DNA of 64,000 bases from Paraspadella gotoi (taxonomy: Eukaryota > Animalia > Chaetognatha): the NCBI GenBank assembly GCA_051294375.1, contig CM119268.1, positions 12,593,770 through 12,657,769 of the forward strand. The letters run 5' to 3'. The position numbers and the translations under genes are program-made. The notes beneath the pieces were generated by a model that saw nothing but the letters and a program-made list of their open reading frames with translations, made no database searches and had not been told where the DNA came from. This document shows, in pieces, positions 62,787 through 64,000 of this stretch (within the stretch, counting starts at the first letter, position 1; each line of letters opens with the position of its first letter).

Positions 62787-63506
62787 CAGAAGGCTTCATA
62801 TTATAAAATGTGGTATCTATGGCAACGGGAGGATAGCCTGTGATACCCGGGGCGCGGGTATCTCACCACAGTACCCCTTTTTTGTGACCAAAACACGTTC
62901 CGAGAAAACTACTGAATAGAATTTAATGAAATTTTGCATGCGGAGTACCAGTAGTGATACAAATGGAACTATCGAGGCGAATTTTTACATTCCACCCCTA
63001 AGCTGAGATAAGGGGCCCTGAGGGGGCAGCCCTGAGGGCCACAAATGGTCAGAAGTTTACTCTTCCACAAAAACATATTTTTTCCCCAAAAATATTCATT
63101 TACCTTAATTTTTAGCTTTATGAACATCAGCAGTTAAAGTCAGATTTGGAATAATTTGGGAAAATTGGAAGTAAAACGATGACCATGCTTAATTATTGCA
63201 AATTTATCAATTTTAGTTCTAAAATGTTTTTTTTCTTATGTTTAAAACGTCAATTACCTGATGCTACTAAAAAAATTTGAAAAATAAAAAAAAATTTTTT
63301 AGCATTTTTTTGGCCCCACAGGGGTCCACCCCCAGGCCCTGTATCTTTTGTCAGGGGTTGAATATAAAAATTCGCCTCGATAGTTCCATTTATATCGTCA
63401 TTAGCACTCTAAATGTAAAATTTCATTAAAATTCTATCGGGTAGTTTGGTGGAACAGATTCTGGTCACAAAAAAGGGTACTAAATTTTATAATATGAAGC
63501 CTTCTG
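62787..63506. mobile_element. Family M MITE immediately upstream of the Abraxas-like start codon
   Basis: Same TIR, TA flanks; small insertion in left TIR at ~62816-62871. Confidence 0.85.
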
Positions 63507-64000
63507 TATTCAGTTATATTTGTGGCGAATGACTTGTAGGCATCAAAGACGGCGCCGAAGAGTTGCGTCAATTTGCCACGTCAGCTGGCGCTGCAGATGA
63601 GTTCGTTAATAATAGCTTAATTGCTATAATAAAAGTTTCCAGGACAAAGTCTTATTTTGTTCAACTTAAAATGGTGACCTTAATAAAATAATCAAAGCAT
63701 ATAGATATTCACTGCTTTTACTATCAAGCAATTACAATATCTATATGCAACAACAAAATGGTAGAATAATTCATTAACAATAATATAAGACAATAAACTA
63801 CATGGAACCAAAATAGATTAACAATAGAGAGTCTTGTGAAGAAGTAAAGAATTGACTTTGGTAAGTTACTGTTATTAGTAAGCACAATACTACTACTAGT
63901 TCAACCTGTAGGAGTTGATTAACAGTGTTCATTTGTTTTACTAGTATGCTAGAATCATAAGTAATAAGTTGGAATATCTATATTGTAAGATGCCGCCGTG

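Noticed and set aside
1-64000. Autonomous transposase/RT genes, rRNA genes, prokaryotic systems, species assignment
   Set aside because: No long ORF with RT, integrase, transposase or Rep/helicase motifs and no rRNA-like sequence recognised; taxon cannot be fixed without a search.

Overview
AT-rich, intron-rich eukaryotic (metazoan, probably invertebrate; TTAGGG-type repeats present) genomic DNA. Three spliced protein-coding genes were reconstructed by hand, all on the minus strand: ST7 (8 exons, 20482->5106, ~598 aa, one GC-AG intron), a long-form reticulon (2 coding exons, 54282->35790, ~818 aa, 16-kb intron) and a divergent Abraxas/FAM175-like gene (62765->54649, ~366 aa). Introns and intergenic DNA are nested non-autonomous mobile elements: mariner-type MITEs, hAT-like, MULE/foldback-like, Transib-like, Helentron-associated-like elements and tRNA-derived SINEs. 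Most notable: (i) a ~2-kb LTR-type element in two copies with non-TG..CA termini, perfect target duplications and a single pol-less ORF with six TQT (dynein LC8-type) motifs; (ii) dispersed minimal hammerhead-ribozyme motifs with covarying stem I, as in Penelope-like elements; (iii) a tRNA-Gly-derived repeat with a conserved hairpin leader; (iv) an RSS-like CACAGTG-N22-AGAAAAAT terminal architecture; (v) a palindromic TTAGGG-spacer element. A ~4.3-kb noisy mirror copy beside a 25-N gap is probably an assembly artefact. All calls are by eye; no searches were run.
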